Positions 1 to 12,924 of a stretch of DNA of 64,000 bases are shown piece after piece. How positions within the stretch are numbered: position 1 is the first letter of the stretch; every line of letters starts with the position of its first letter. This stretch comes from Octopus sinensis (lineage: Eukaryota), in assembly GCF_006345805.1 (NCBI RefSeq), contig NC_043002.1:37944001-38008000 (forward strand). The letters run 5' to 3'. A program made the translations under genes and the position numbers. The notes beneath the pieces were generated by a model. The model was not told where the DNA came from. It did not search any database and was given only the letters and a program-made list of their open reading frames with translations.

Positions 1-376
1 ATATTTCCTATTTCAAAGAAACTCGAACAATAAATATGACGCAAGTTAATTAGATTCTCAACAATTCAACTTTTCTGGTTGATATTAAGACTCCAACATT
101 TTAGAGCTTCATGACCTCCATTTTTTAGGTGCAAAATCCTTTTAACAGGTTCAATAAGACGGGAATTTTGGAATCTGCGCTTAAAGATCAGTAGTATGGG
201 ATACACGTGTCATGATTAGAATTTTTTAGGGTGTGTAAAGAGGGAAAGAACCCCCATCTGCAATTTTGAGGAAATTCGAATCATAGGTATTCCATTTCAT
301 TGGAGAAAATATAACAGAAAAGTCTAATTCTTCAATTCCATGTAAAACGGGCAACGACAGGTATCTCTGTTAGCAT

Positions 377-563
<187 letters not shown>

Positions 564-2770
564 AAACGTACATGTTTAAATACATACATTCACATGCATG
601 TACGTATGAAAATTATAAGTATGACGAAACCGGTTTGCTGCTGGAAAATATATCAGGGAAATGAAACCAATGTGCACCTGTTTAAACAAAAGTTTAAGCA
701 AGAATTTCACATTTACTACGCCGAAGTGCTACGATGATTCTATGTAGTTTGCGGTCTTTTTCGTTTTCAACAAGAAAATACTAAGCCACACGTACGTACA
801 TACATAAATACATACATACACACATACATACATACATACATACATACATACATACATACATACATGCATGCGTGCATGCACAAATACATGCATATACATA
901 TACATATATATATATACACACTCACACACACACACACACACAGATATACGTACGTGTATGCATTAGCACACACACACGTGTGTGTGTGTGTGTGTTTGTG
1001 TAACTGATAAGCACGAGTAAGTTTGGTTTAGTGTCATGTACTCTGCTTTCACAAATGTAAAAACCCTCTCGCAGGGAATAGATATGGGAAGCATCAATAA
1101 GAACATGGTACCGCCATTCCAATGAGTAGACAGTCACATATTTCAGGTTGCTGCTGCATTTCTCTTAGCTGCAATAGTTGTGCTTTACTATATATATATA
1201 TATATATATATATACAGTCACATACACACACACATATATATATTTGTATATTATGTGTGTGGTTTTATGTTTGTGTATGTGTGTATTTGTGTGCCTGTGT
1301 GTATGTGAGTATGTGTGTGTGTGTATATTCCTGTATGCCTTATTACTAATACTCCATAATAAATACATAAAGATCTTAAGCACTAAACTCAGCTACTAAA
1401 CATTACTACATAGTCATTTGACGCGTTTATCCTGGAGAAGTCTACCTTTAATAAAGCAATAATAACAGAAGGATTTAACCGGATAATTTACTATATAGAG
1501 GTCACCCCAACTATAGCCATATAAAATCCATGTAGTTCACCTCTATACTGCCTGAATGTTTTCATAAACATGTCTAAAGATTTTGTAAAATTGACAGATG
1601 GTCAGTTTTCAACTTAACGTAAGTACAATAAGTTTTTAAAGGTTAAACGGAGAATTATCTACAACTGCGTACCTAACATAGTAACACAAATTTTGAAGCA
1701 CAGTAACGATGGTTAAGAAAGTGAGCAATCTCAACACTTTTGTACAAGCAGAAACATTATTAAACTGACTTTTGTATAACAGAATGCTCTGGTTAAGCGT
1801 ATTCAACATATTGCCTTCTTCACAAACGCAGAGAAAAAAAAACAAAAAAAAAATTCAATTGCACAGTCGAAAGCTGTCTGGAACCTGAAAGATCGTAGTG
1901 TGAGGAATACGTTTTTTACATGAATTATTGTAGACAAAGTTATAGAGTGCAATTGATAGGGTTTACATATGTTATGCGAGTGTGATGGAGAAAATGAAAA
2001 TGTTAATCTTTAATAAACATAAAAGGAAGGTTTTATCTTCTTAGCCCACAAATTCCTAAGTGTATACATATAGGATTTCTCTTTGTTTCGATTCTGTATT
2101 ATGAGTTTCTGTTCTTAGATATCTTTTCCTTTAGATTCCAAATGTATGTTCTTTCTAACTTTTGAAAATGCATGAAGATCGCCTTAGCTGTTTCACTATA
2201 TATCGAAGCTAAATGAAAGGCATGAATCTTTCCGAAAATACTGAGGAAACACAAAGAAAAAAATCTTGCATAATTTTCTTGGTTTTTTGTGTTTATATTT
2301 ATAATAGTAATTTGTTATTGAGCAATATCATTTCAATTTCATTCGTTGAAAGGAATCCTTTACCTAGCTAGGATTGCATCTCAGAAACTGACCCTACTCT
2401 TTATAATTAAATCCTAATAGCCACTGAAGCGCCACAAGGGTTACGCATCGCCTACAACGGAGTACTGCGTCGACAGGTAAGACACTGCTGCTTCTACAAA
2501 CGTCGATATTTTCAAATGGGTGTCTTCTCTCGGGTGCTGACTTGTGGCAATTTAAACGGAACAATAACGGCATCAATCATAACAGTAAAGGAAAGCCTGA
2601 ACGGTTCATTGGAGTAACCTCTTCCTCCAACCTCAGCAAATATTAAATAATAGCACAGCATTCCAATGTTTGAGGAAGTTTTATTTTACAGTCAACACTT
2701 TTATTTTACAGTCAAGTTTTATTTTACAGTCAAAAGTAGTTTACTACTTTATTTTATTAAACCTTTAACA

Positions 2771-3110
2771 CTCTAACTAGTTTCAGCTCGAGAAATGCAG
2801 ACATGCTGGGGCATCGCCGTTAGCTTTGCTACACTACCACTACATGAAACTTCGTCTGATATGTGGAATTTGGTGAATGAAGGAGTTTGGTGCTGCTGTT
2901 CTCATTTGCGTTCCCTCTCTTGAGCTAGGCTTATCATGAACTCTTAATAGGTGGAAATCCAATTTTGTTTTGAAGAGATCTACGTCCATACCATATAAGT
3001 TTTTCAAGCCTGTTGATAGGATATTGAAGAGCTGTGGGCCTTTGGAATCCAAGCTGTTCGTATCACGATCGTGTCGATTTAATTCACCCGAAGCAGACAA
3101 GATAGGCTTT
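2771..3110 (-). mobile_element. 3' end of a CR1/L2-type LINE (C-terminus of ORF2 plus 3' tail)
   Basis: Minus ORF 2840..3100 has NSLDSKGPQLFNIL..LKNL.G.DVDLFKTKLD..L..V.D.P, the same motif order as the end of the LINE at 7750-7900. It is followed by the tail GGCGATGCCCCAGCATG..GCTGAAAC. Confidence 0.75.
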
Positions 3111-3199
3111 TTTGAATAGGTAAGGTTGTTTTCATAAATCTAGGGAACGTAAATGTAAGTGCGATATCCTCAGTTCCTCTTGAATTTTAACAGACTCAA

Positions 3200-3408
3200 A
3201 GGCGTTGAGCTGGCAGATTCGTTAGCTCACCGGGCAAAATCCTTAGCGACATTTTGTTAGTCTTCACGTTCTGGGTTCAAAATCCGCAGAGATCGACTTT
3301 ACCTTTCATCCTTTCGGGTTCCATAAAATGAGTCCAGACCTGGGGTCGATGTAATCGACTTGCTTCTACTCCAAAACTTGCTGGCCCTGAGTCAAAATTT
3401 GAAACCGA
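3200..3408 (+). mobile_element. tRNA-derived SINE, family A (GGCGGCGAGCTGGCAGA head), diverged
   Basis: Head GGCGTTGAGCTGGCAGA, B-box-like GGTTCAAAATCC and central CTTTCATCCTTTCGGG..GGGGTCGATGTAATCGAC match the copies at 12925, 33184, 36974 and 55579. Confidence 0.8.
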
Positions 3409-5226
3409 TATTAACATACTCTGTCAAATGGAATGACTTAATACGAGAATCGAAAACGTTTTGTCACCTCAACCCGCGTGATTGTTTTCCCAACAGTTTG
3501 ATGCTTGCGAATCACATTAGCAAAACTGATAACTTAATTCTGACTGATGTACTGTTCCAATGAAGCTCCACAAATGCAGAAATGAAAGCAATTTATTTAA
3601 TTAGTGATAGTACTTAATAGCTTTAATATACGCTTAACGAGCTGGAACATAGTTGATCAAATATACGTATTTACCAAATATCTTAACAGCCTAATCAATG
3701 ATCCGTTTGTAAATTGGCAAATTTTGAGTAGCATATCTCGCTTACTTAAATATACATGTATGTATACATGCCTACATACATGTGTGTGGGCGTGTGTGTG
3801 CGTGTGTGTGTATGTGCGCGTGTGTGTGTGTGTGGTGTGTGTGTGTGTGTGTGTGTGTGAGACTGATTAGTGTTTGCATGTGTGTTTGTAATTCACATAT
3901 ATTTGATTTGAAAATGTATAATTGTATGAAAAACGACAAGCTTTCACATTTTCTAAACAGGGATTCATTCATCTCCCTCTTCCGATTCGCAGTTATAATT
4001 AACTTTTGCTCCAGATCGGTCATGATCGACTCGACCTATTAACATTACTTTCCCCCACAGCTTAATTAGAGCGATATTATTAGCCCAAACTTACTCTCTG
4101 AGGCCTTTTGATGCAATATGTTGAATTGGCTACTTACTCAAGCAGATCAACCGACGATTCAGTCCGTGTCCTTGGCTTGTTTTGATTGTTTCAGCGGAGA
4201 AGGTCATGAAAACGACGGCTTGCATGTTTATTCTCAATACGTTTCCAAAAATTCTAATGTGAATATCTGAAATGCTACCGTCTTTCGTCATAGAACAACT
4301 TCTCATTTCATTCTTAAACGGCAGTAAAGGTTCGCATGAACGCGAGGTCAAACGAGTAAAAAACAAACACAAACACAAAAGTGGCTTTCTCGTAAGGGCA
4401 ATTTAGAAACTTATTTTTCACTTTGAATAAGTACTGACAATATTGCAATTGTTGTCTCTCGCAAACATCATCACCAAAAGTACCATGAGATGTTCACTTT
4501 CCTTCGATGACAGCCGTAAAGCTTTTTAAACATCAGTTGATAATTTCTGCCGTTTAAGGGAACCCATATATATCCCTTGTTGCGTTTTCGCAACGCAAAA
4601 CCTGCTCCTAATTTTTTGGACATGAAGTCGCCGGGGAGCATTGGCTGAGCATAGGAAATGTTCAGTAGGTAGTGGACACCCGTAGGTAGCATACTGTCCT
4701 TCTCTTCCAGATGCTGAAATTTTTTACGAGCATATATGGTTTAAGACACACACACATTTATATTTATATATATATATCGGCACATGTGGGATGTTAACAT
4801 TGAATGAAACATTGTCTGATAAAGACCTATTACAAAAGGTACAGCCAAATATATTTTTTACACTCTTCTGTACTCCACCACGCTTTCTTGACCGATTCTG
4901 AACATTCATACATACACAGCAACAAACATAACTGCAAATTCACAAATGCTTACAAACCAAGCACACACACAGATGCACGTATACTTCCACACGTACACAC
5001 GTACACACACACACGCACAAACGCATATACACATATCGTTTCTCACATCAAACTTTTAGAACCTCTTTAGCTGCTTGTACGAGCAGTTAGTTTTCTCCTC
5101 CTATTTCAGGCTTATCAGCGAAATCTTTAACCTTTTAAACAACAAGTTTCAATGCCGCGGGCAAACGACGAAACTTACAAGTAACTGGCTCGCTTTATTA
5201 CACACACACACGTGTATATATACACA

Positions 5227-5287
<61 letters not shown>

Positions 5288-5774
5288 GAACATACAAATT
5301 TATACAGAAACAGGCATATACAAATAGACATACACACACACACGTGCATATATAAGGCATTAGATAAAACGTTCGCTGCTCTTACTCTTATCTAACCCTT
5401 AGTATGTCAAATGATTATGTGTTCTTAATGCCCATTATCTAATTTGCTACTATTCTTTTCTCAGGTTACTTTATCTTCTGACGGAGATGCACGTGTTACG
5501 TTTTGTTCGATGCAAATCTGTTCTAAAGTAGTTGAGCTACTTATTATGGTCATAGGAACAGGCTTTTATTGTCAGCATCAGTCGATGTTAACGCGTGAAT
5601 TGCATCAATCCAATATACAGTGAACTATTGAAGCAATGTTTTGCATTTTATAGTTTTAGAAAATATACAATGGGCGTGGGAGGGTATACCCTACTAGTTG
5701 GGCTAGAGCGGTGAAATCAGCGTTTGGCTGAGGATGTTGAATAAGAAAAGAAAAAGTGAAAAATTACCTTAAAG

Positions 5775-5920
5775 GTGCAGACATGGCTGTGTGGTAAGAA
5801 GCTTGGTTCACAGACCCATGTTTCCGAGTTCAATCCAACCGTGTATCACCTTGGAAAAGTGTATTCTACTACGAGCCGACGAAAACCTTGCGAGTGAAGT
5901 GGATCACTAGACGGAAACTC
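5775..5920 (+). mobile_element. SINE family B (GGAGTGGCTGTGTGGTAAG head), 5' part, abutting the LINE
   Basis: Diverged match to 59970-60130 (GGCTGTGTGGTAAG..ACCTTGG..AGTG..GCCGAC..GACGGAAACT). Confidence 0.7.
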
Positions 5921-8035
5921 TCCGTCGTGAGCAACGGACCCATTTGACTGCCATTGCATCACTCGAATCGAAAAAAACACGACCTCCAAAAAAGCATGAT
6001 GACCATCATTAACAGTCACAGAGCAAGTGAGGAGAGTTGGGCCATTGAAAAAATAAAACTCGATCCCAAAATGCTCTTTTCATTTGCAAAAAAAACATAA
6101 AGACGCTGTTTCCACTGTTGGTCCTTTGGTTGGTGAGAACAACACTCTACATGATGATGCAAAATCCATGTGCGAGAGATAATGCAGAGACAATACTTCT
6201 CTGTCTTCAGAAACTCGAATGTGGTTGATTTGGATAGTATCAGGGATGTAAACCCTCAACTAGCCATAACTGACATAATTTTTGGTGCTCCTGATATTCT
6301 AACAGAAATAGATAAGATCAAGCACAACTCGGCAGTAGGTCCTGATAAGTTCCCGGCCACTGTCCTGAAGATATGTCGACATCAAATTGCAGCCCCTCTA
6401 GCTGAGCTCTGGAGAAATTCGCTTGATGCAGGCTACATTCCTGACAATTTTCTTTCCCAGTCTGTCGTTCCAGTCTTCAAAAAGGGAAACAAATCTCTTG
6501 CAATGAACTACCGTCGGATTCCACTCACTTCTCATGTCATTAAAGTATTTGAGAGCATGGAGAAATCGCGAATAACTCACTTCCTCGAAGACAACAATCA
6601 GCTGAATCCCAACCAGCATGGTGTCTGTGATGGCAGGGACTGCCTGTCGCAGCTTCTGCACCATTTTGATGACATCTTAAAAGCGTTCGGCGAGGGCTCC
6701 AATACTGACGTCATATACCTTGATTTCAGAGTCTCCTCTTTCCCAAAGTGGATCAAATCAAACTTATCTTCATTTAAAAGCATATTGTTTTTTTCTGCCC
6801 ATTGGACAATAGCAAACAGATCTGACTGAAGGCAGTTGACAGTGGAATACAAAATCCTGCTGAAGGAACTATCCAGCATTGGAGTCCATGGAAAGCTGCT
6901 GCAGTGGATAAAATGCTTCCTGACGAACAGAACCCAACATGCGTTTAAGGGAATACGATCCAGCTCGGCCAAAATCAGTAGTGGTGTCCCACAAGGTACT
7001 GTGTTGGGCCCACTCCTCTTCATTATTTACACCAATAACATAGTAGATGTCATCAAACATTCTACATTAAAAATCTATGCAGATGATTCCAAACTCCAGA
7101 AAGCCATAAACGGCATGAGAGACCGAACATGCCTTCAGTCAGATCTGTTTGCTATTGTCCAATGGGCAGAGAAAAAATAATATGCTTTTAAATGAAGATA
7201 AGTTTGATTTGATCAACTTCGGGAAAGAGGAAACTCTGAAATCACCACATGCTCTTCCCTCGGGCGACTCCCTAGTGTCATCCAACAACAACAGAGATCT
7301 TGGAGTAATTGTTGATAGCAAACAAAGCTGGAGTTCCTACGTAAACAGCAAAGTTGACTTGTCCCGTAAGATGTACTCCTGGATTCTGGGAGTTTTCCGG
7401 TTTAGAGAAGCCTACACCATCATCCTTCTCTACAATACTTTTGCCCGACCCCACATTGAGTACTGTTGCCCACTGTGGTCCCCGCCCTACGAAGCAACTG
7501 ATTATGAAATCAGAAGCACTCCAGAAGTCCATATCAAGAAAGATAGACGGCATGAGAGACATTGATTATTGGGGTCGACTAAAAATCTCAATCCCTACTC
7601 TCTCCAACGCTACATCATTTGTGTTATATGGAAAATATTCCATCAATATTGTACAAATGATGTTGGTATCAATTTTAGAATCCATCCAAGACTTGGTCCC
7701 CGTACTATCCGCCCACTACAAAAATCAAACTTGGTACACATAGCAACATTACGTCAAATTACTTTGCCTCAACCGGTCCAGCTCTCTTTAATACCATACC
7801 AAAATACGTCAAAACGGAAACGGATCCCATAAAATTCAAATGTTCACTTAACAAATTTCTTCAAAAAATCCCGGACCAATTTCCTACACCCGGATATGTC
7901 TCCCATAATAATAACTCTTTGCTAGAGTGGGCTATGGTGCCCCATATATGACTAAAAGATTTCACCAGGTGGTGCTATTGAGTTAGACATGGCCTGGGTG
8001 TATACTGGCCGAAACCTATCAAAGTTAGAAGTATC
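5920..8035 (+). mobile_element. 5'-truncated CR1/L2-clade LINE; RT pseudogene with frameshifts
   Basis: RT motifs in broken frames: VVPVFKKG..NYR.I.LTS, QHG, DVIYLDF, GVPQGTVLGPLLFIIY, IYADDSKL, RDLGVIVD, RPHIEYCCPLWSP. Ends with hairpin GGCC..GGCC then GAAACC. No endonuclease domain is present. Confidence 0.93.
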
Positions 8036-9380
8036 TATAAAAAACGTCAAATGCATTTTGAGCGTTTAGCCTTTTTAAAGGACGTATAGTCTCGGTCAGC
8101 TACATGCTGGGGAAAGAGTCTGTCGTCACGAATAAAAGAAGCAGTAAATATTACACTCACGAGTGTTGCAAATAGTCGCCCAGTTGAACATAAACCCAAC
8201 AAACTCAACGGAAGCAGTTTCAACTTAAAATAAGTATTAATGTATCATATTTAATGAATATACATCGTAGATAGGCCAGTCACTGCGGTATTCGAACTGA
8301 GAAAGCATTTCGTATAGACTACATGATTAAAATAATACTAGTCGCTGATTTATTGCTGTTTTTCTTTTCTTTATAAATATTTCTAAGTAGATGTTCAGTG
8401 CTCATTACAGGCGATGAAATAACAGAGGAGTTAAAGCAAATGATAAAATGCCTAGTGGTATTTATCTCTCCTCTTCGTATACGACTCTAACTACCGCAAA
8501 AGTAATATTTCTTTAACCATTTAGTGTCAATAAAATAACGTATCACTCCCAAGTGGCGGGTTCGTAGCATTATCCAAAATCTTATGCGATGCCTAACGGT
8601 ATTTGCTCCAACCCTTGCAGTTCTGTCCCTACTGATATAACACCATCACTGGACATCTTAAATGTCTTTAGCGGATTTCATTATCTTCTTGGTGACAGTT
8701 AGCGGCGTTCACTCAGTTGTAAGCATTAAAATCAAGTTTCAGGTTTCAGCATTGCATCCTTCCTTCCCTATCGCCAGTCTCAAAGTCTTTGAAACATAAA
8801 ACGTTTTGAACGCTGCTTTAACCTCCCTGAGTAGACGGTAAATTTGTAAATAGATAAATATACAGGCTAAACTAAGTTAACGATTGTTTTGCTGATGGCG
8901 TCTCTGAGTAGTTAGCGTCAGAAACATTGATTTGTTGCTTTCCTCCGCTTATGCATATATATTATATATTTTTATAGCTGTGCTGTATTCTGTAAGGAAC
9001 GTGTTAGAATACAGTATAAAGCTTGTCCACCTTCAGAATAACCCGGTAGTATAGGTAGTATTATTATGTACTTCGAACTCTAAAATTAGGCATTCGGTGT
9101 GTGAGAATATAACATTAAAGAAACTGGAGTCAGAAAGAGGGAGTATGATTAGACATTTGTTTATCGTTCGCCACAATTCTCCAAGAATACAGGTATTTGA
9201 TTATTCAACTGTTTGTTTGCATAAAGAGATCTAGTTGTGTTTCCTCAAACGATATACGAGTATTGTCTACTTCTAGACCATCCTCTTTGTTGTAATAGTT
9301 TGAATTTGATTGTGGTTGAAATCCACATGATGCGAACCATGAGAACGCGTTTTTCCGACTACTATATACATATATATATA

Positions 9381-9641
9381 TATCTGTAAATGTAATATGT
9401 GACAATTATTCGGTAGCCAAGATAAAACTCTGAGTTTCGGATGCCGATGTGGAAATCCACACCACCATCTTCAGTTGGCCGTATAACTGAAGAGATGGCG
9501 GTGTGGATTTCCACATCGGCATCCGAAACTCAGAGTTTTATCTTGGCTACCGAATAATTGTCACATATTACATTTACAGATAAATTCCTCTTTTACATGA
9601 TATTGAGGTCTCTTTCTTTCTTTTGCTATCTTACCTTTTTA

Positions 9642-9645
<4 letters not shown>
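9381..9645 (+). mobile_element. (TA)n-flanked PLE-type element: ~96-bp-arm palindrome containing an HHR
   Basis: 9381-9476 is the reverse complement of 9485-9582 (8-nt spacer; only a 2-nt indel and one substitution differ). TA repeats lie on both sides. Confidence 0.75.
9475..9548 (+). ncRNA. Type I hammerhead ribozyme motif (slightly degenerate)
   Basis: CTGAAGA 9487-93; helix II GATGGCGGTGTGG-attt-CCACATCGGCATC with one extra C; GAAA 9525-28; helix III CTC-A-GAG; GUU site at 9535-37; helix I ATAA/TTAT plus GCCG/TGGC. Confidence 0.6.
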
Positions 9646-9672
<27 letters not shown>

Positions 9673-9674
<2 letters not shown>

Positions 9675-9792
9675 CCTGCTCGCTTAGCCAGCGGGGTAGC
9701 GTCATTTGATGGCTAAAACAATGCGAAGCGCATTGTGACCAGCGATGTGTAACAACATCTGATGGCCTGGTCGGTTACGGTGATCACGGTGA
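9673..9792 (+). mobile_element. 3' tail fragment of SINE family C
   Basis: Matches the reverse complement of 57660-57775 (GCTCGCTTAGCCAGCGGGG..CATTGTGACCAGCGATGTG..TGATCAC). Confidence 0.8.
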
Positions 9793-10075
9793 TATATATA
9801 TATAGTATATGTGTATGTGTCTGTGTGTCTGTGTGTCTCTGTCTGTATTCTATTATCATATATTATGTTTCAGTTTTAAATTTGTATGTGAAGAGAAACA
9901 TGCATTAATCAATATTTGTTACAGTTATGGCACCGACCAGTTAGCATTTCACCGCCTCTCTAGTTAGAACTACCCCCCCCCAGTTAGAACACCCACGTTT
10001 CATTAAAATTGTACCCTGGTGTCCTAACGTAATGCATACACTTACCTGAAAATTAATAAAAAACTATATATATAT

Positions 10076-10392
10076 AACGTAAGGTGTACTAGCCATCTGA
10101 ATGTGGCTAGCCACTGGGGGTGGGGTGGTACTGATGCTCGACAACAGAGGCAATTACCTTGAAACTATAGTCCGTATGTAGTACTTAGGTTTTCGAGGGA
10201 AGATGACCTCCCTTTGCAAATAACACAAGGGCACTGAGATTGTGTCTAAAGTCCATCTGGTGACGTTGATTGCCTGGGGCTAAAAGCATCAGTAAAACCC
10301 CACCCCCAGTGGCTAGCCACATTCAGATGGCTAGTACACCTTACGTTGTCGAGCGGTTACTGTTTGTATCTCGTTCAGAGATTTATTATTGC
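10076..10392 (+). mobile_element. (TA)n-flanked element with a 63-bp inverted duplication and a 5'-truncated HHR
   Basis: 10076-10138 is the reverse complement of 10285-10347 (2 mismatches). The HHR 3' half A-GAGG-caatta-CCTT-GAAA-CTATAG-TC lies at 10146-10172. Confidence 0.6.
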
Positions 10393-10705
10393 TATATATA
10401 TATATATATATATATAAAGCCACAGCTGAACTGACTTTGTGTCTAGGTCTGCTAAATCAGGTGCTAACCCAGGGTTAAACCCCAATAACATTATCAGCCA
10501 CAGTAAGAGCAACAGCATCAATATATGAGAAAGTATACAGATGGTGAGTGCTTGTTATAACTATTTTATCTAATATTTCTAATATGCATCGTCGTCTATC
10601 CAGTCTCAATTCACGTTCAGTATCACACACGCAGTCACACAAATCGAGAAAAACATACACAAGCATACACATAGAGTTCTTCCCTACCGTCTCTCTCTTT
10701 GATCA

Positions 10706-10750
<45 letters not shown>

Positions 10751-12571
10751 CGCACTCTCATAGACACAGACAGTTATACAGCATTTTATATATCAACTAT
10801 ATTTCATTTATGCACACTCTCATATACACGTTGGTATTAAGGCCAACAACATGAACTCAAGTATATGAATATATTTGTGCAAAAAGGGAATTATTATTAT
10901 TATTATTATGCAAAGAAATAATTATTTACTGCCACAGAATCAAGCCGAATGGACTTCTTAGAGTTATACATGCCTTTTTTCTTTTACCACAGAAAATTCA
11001 TATGCATTACATTAACCAAGTCATGTCTCAACTTAGAACTAAACTGTTTGGAAGAGCAATACCGTAAATTTTATCACAAAGACATTTCCTTTGTTGACTG
11101 CAACAATCAATGTCCCAGATATTCATATCTTTTATAAAATTTCTGATCTTACTACGGATTTCTATATTTTATAAATTCTGTATTTAATTTCAACATATGA
11201 AAAAATTGCGTAGCAATATTTACATGCAGGAGAAGTTCAAAGGAAAGTTTGTGACTTTCTGTGCTAAATAACGTCCTTTGGGTGTGTTAAATTTTCACTG
11301 TTCCTGCTCTAGTATTGAGCAATATAGGTATTAATCAATATCTGCTGAGTAGACTTTAGCTGTACTCTATAGATTTTGTGATAGGAAATTGTTTTCAAAG
11401 CCATTAAACTCTACAATTGGCCATTTTCTCCTCTCTAAAAGTCTGTGAGTGTTTTGAATGCAGCACAGTATGTATGCTGATATAATATTTTAAAAGTGTA
11501 ATAATTCTTGAAAATCACTCATTTGTTACATCTTTATACGTATCTTGTTCGCTCAATACCTGATTCACCATTGTTTTCACCAAGATCTCTGTGATAACGA
11601 AAATACTTGTATATCATTCGAATTCGAAGATATATACCAGTCGATACTTAGCTGTGTGATGACTTCACAAACCCGTGATTTCGGATCCAATCTCGCTGAA
11701 CCCACTTTGATGAAATATCTTCAATCACAGCCCTATGTTGCCTAAAATCTTGTGAGTGAATTATCATGCAAACAGTCTCAGGAGCAAGCATCCTCCCTAT
11801 CAATGACATAATATGAGCCTGCTTAATAATCCGTTTGTTTACTAATTCGGTCGAATGGACCATAAAAATGCTAAAGTAAAACTATGTGATTATATAGGGA
11901 CATAGAACAAATAAGTAGTTCTCTAAGCAATGCACTGTCAGTACGTCAGTCCGTCAGTTTCCTTTGCGAAGTGTTGTGTGCCATTTCTAACGTATACATA
12001 GCACTGCAGTAAACTGAATTTGAAACCAATCCTTTTGATTCGAAATATGATTAACATTTAATCCCCGAAGTCTGCTTTCATCTCAATCAACGGCAAAAAA
12101 GAAACAATAGACACATTTTCATCAAATCTTGCTCTACTGTCTTACAATCACATTGAATAGGTTAAATGGAGGTTGCAAGTTTATAAAATAACTGTCCTTA
12201 TGTGAAATAGAAAACTGAAAACTAGCGATAATATAGCGATAATGCGTAAGATTTTTCAGATTATCGTTACGTTTTAAAACTATATTTATTCAGTTATATT
12301 GCTAAACATAAAATCAATATTTTAGTAAACGAGGAAGGCATAATGACAGAAACGGTAACAGACAGGACTAAATGGGTTTTAGAATTTAATTTTCTTCTGA
12401 ACTCTTTTTATTCAAATTCTATTTGAATAGTTTTTTGGCTTTTTTTTTAGTGTTAATATTATAATATAAATAATAGACTAGAAAAGTTAACTTGATTACA
12501 TATGTACATACCGGGATGATTTTGGTCTTCCCAAAATTTAAGAAACTTCGGCCTCAATACTTACACACACA

Positions 12572-12631
<60 letters not shown>

Positions 12632-12924
12632 CGTGCGTGTGTATGTATATAAAATCATAAATGATATAGAAATAGTTTGATGAAATTTTATTTAACAATT
12701 TGTCGTGATATTAGATTTTTTCTTATTCTTAAATGAAATTCCATCAAATTATTTCTCTAAAATTTATGACTTTATACACTCCTCGTTTCGCCTTGTATCA
12801 TACTATGAAGTCTATATGATTTTTCTATATGTTTTGTAGAATGATACATTAAGGAGCTCTTTTATGAGTACTACCGGATTACTTGAATCCATATATTGTG
12901 ACTTGAATATATTCCAGGCACTAA

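Noticed and set aside
2421-2476. Possible 56-nt + strand exon ending CAG|GTAAGA
   Set aside because: Weak acceptor, length not a multiple of 3, no recognisable peptide.
4471-4692. 73-aa minus-strand ORF in a locally GC-richer patch
   Set aside because: No motif, splice pair or repeat match to support a call.
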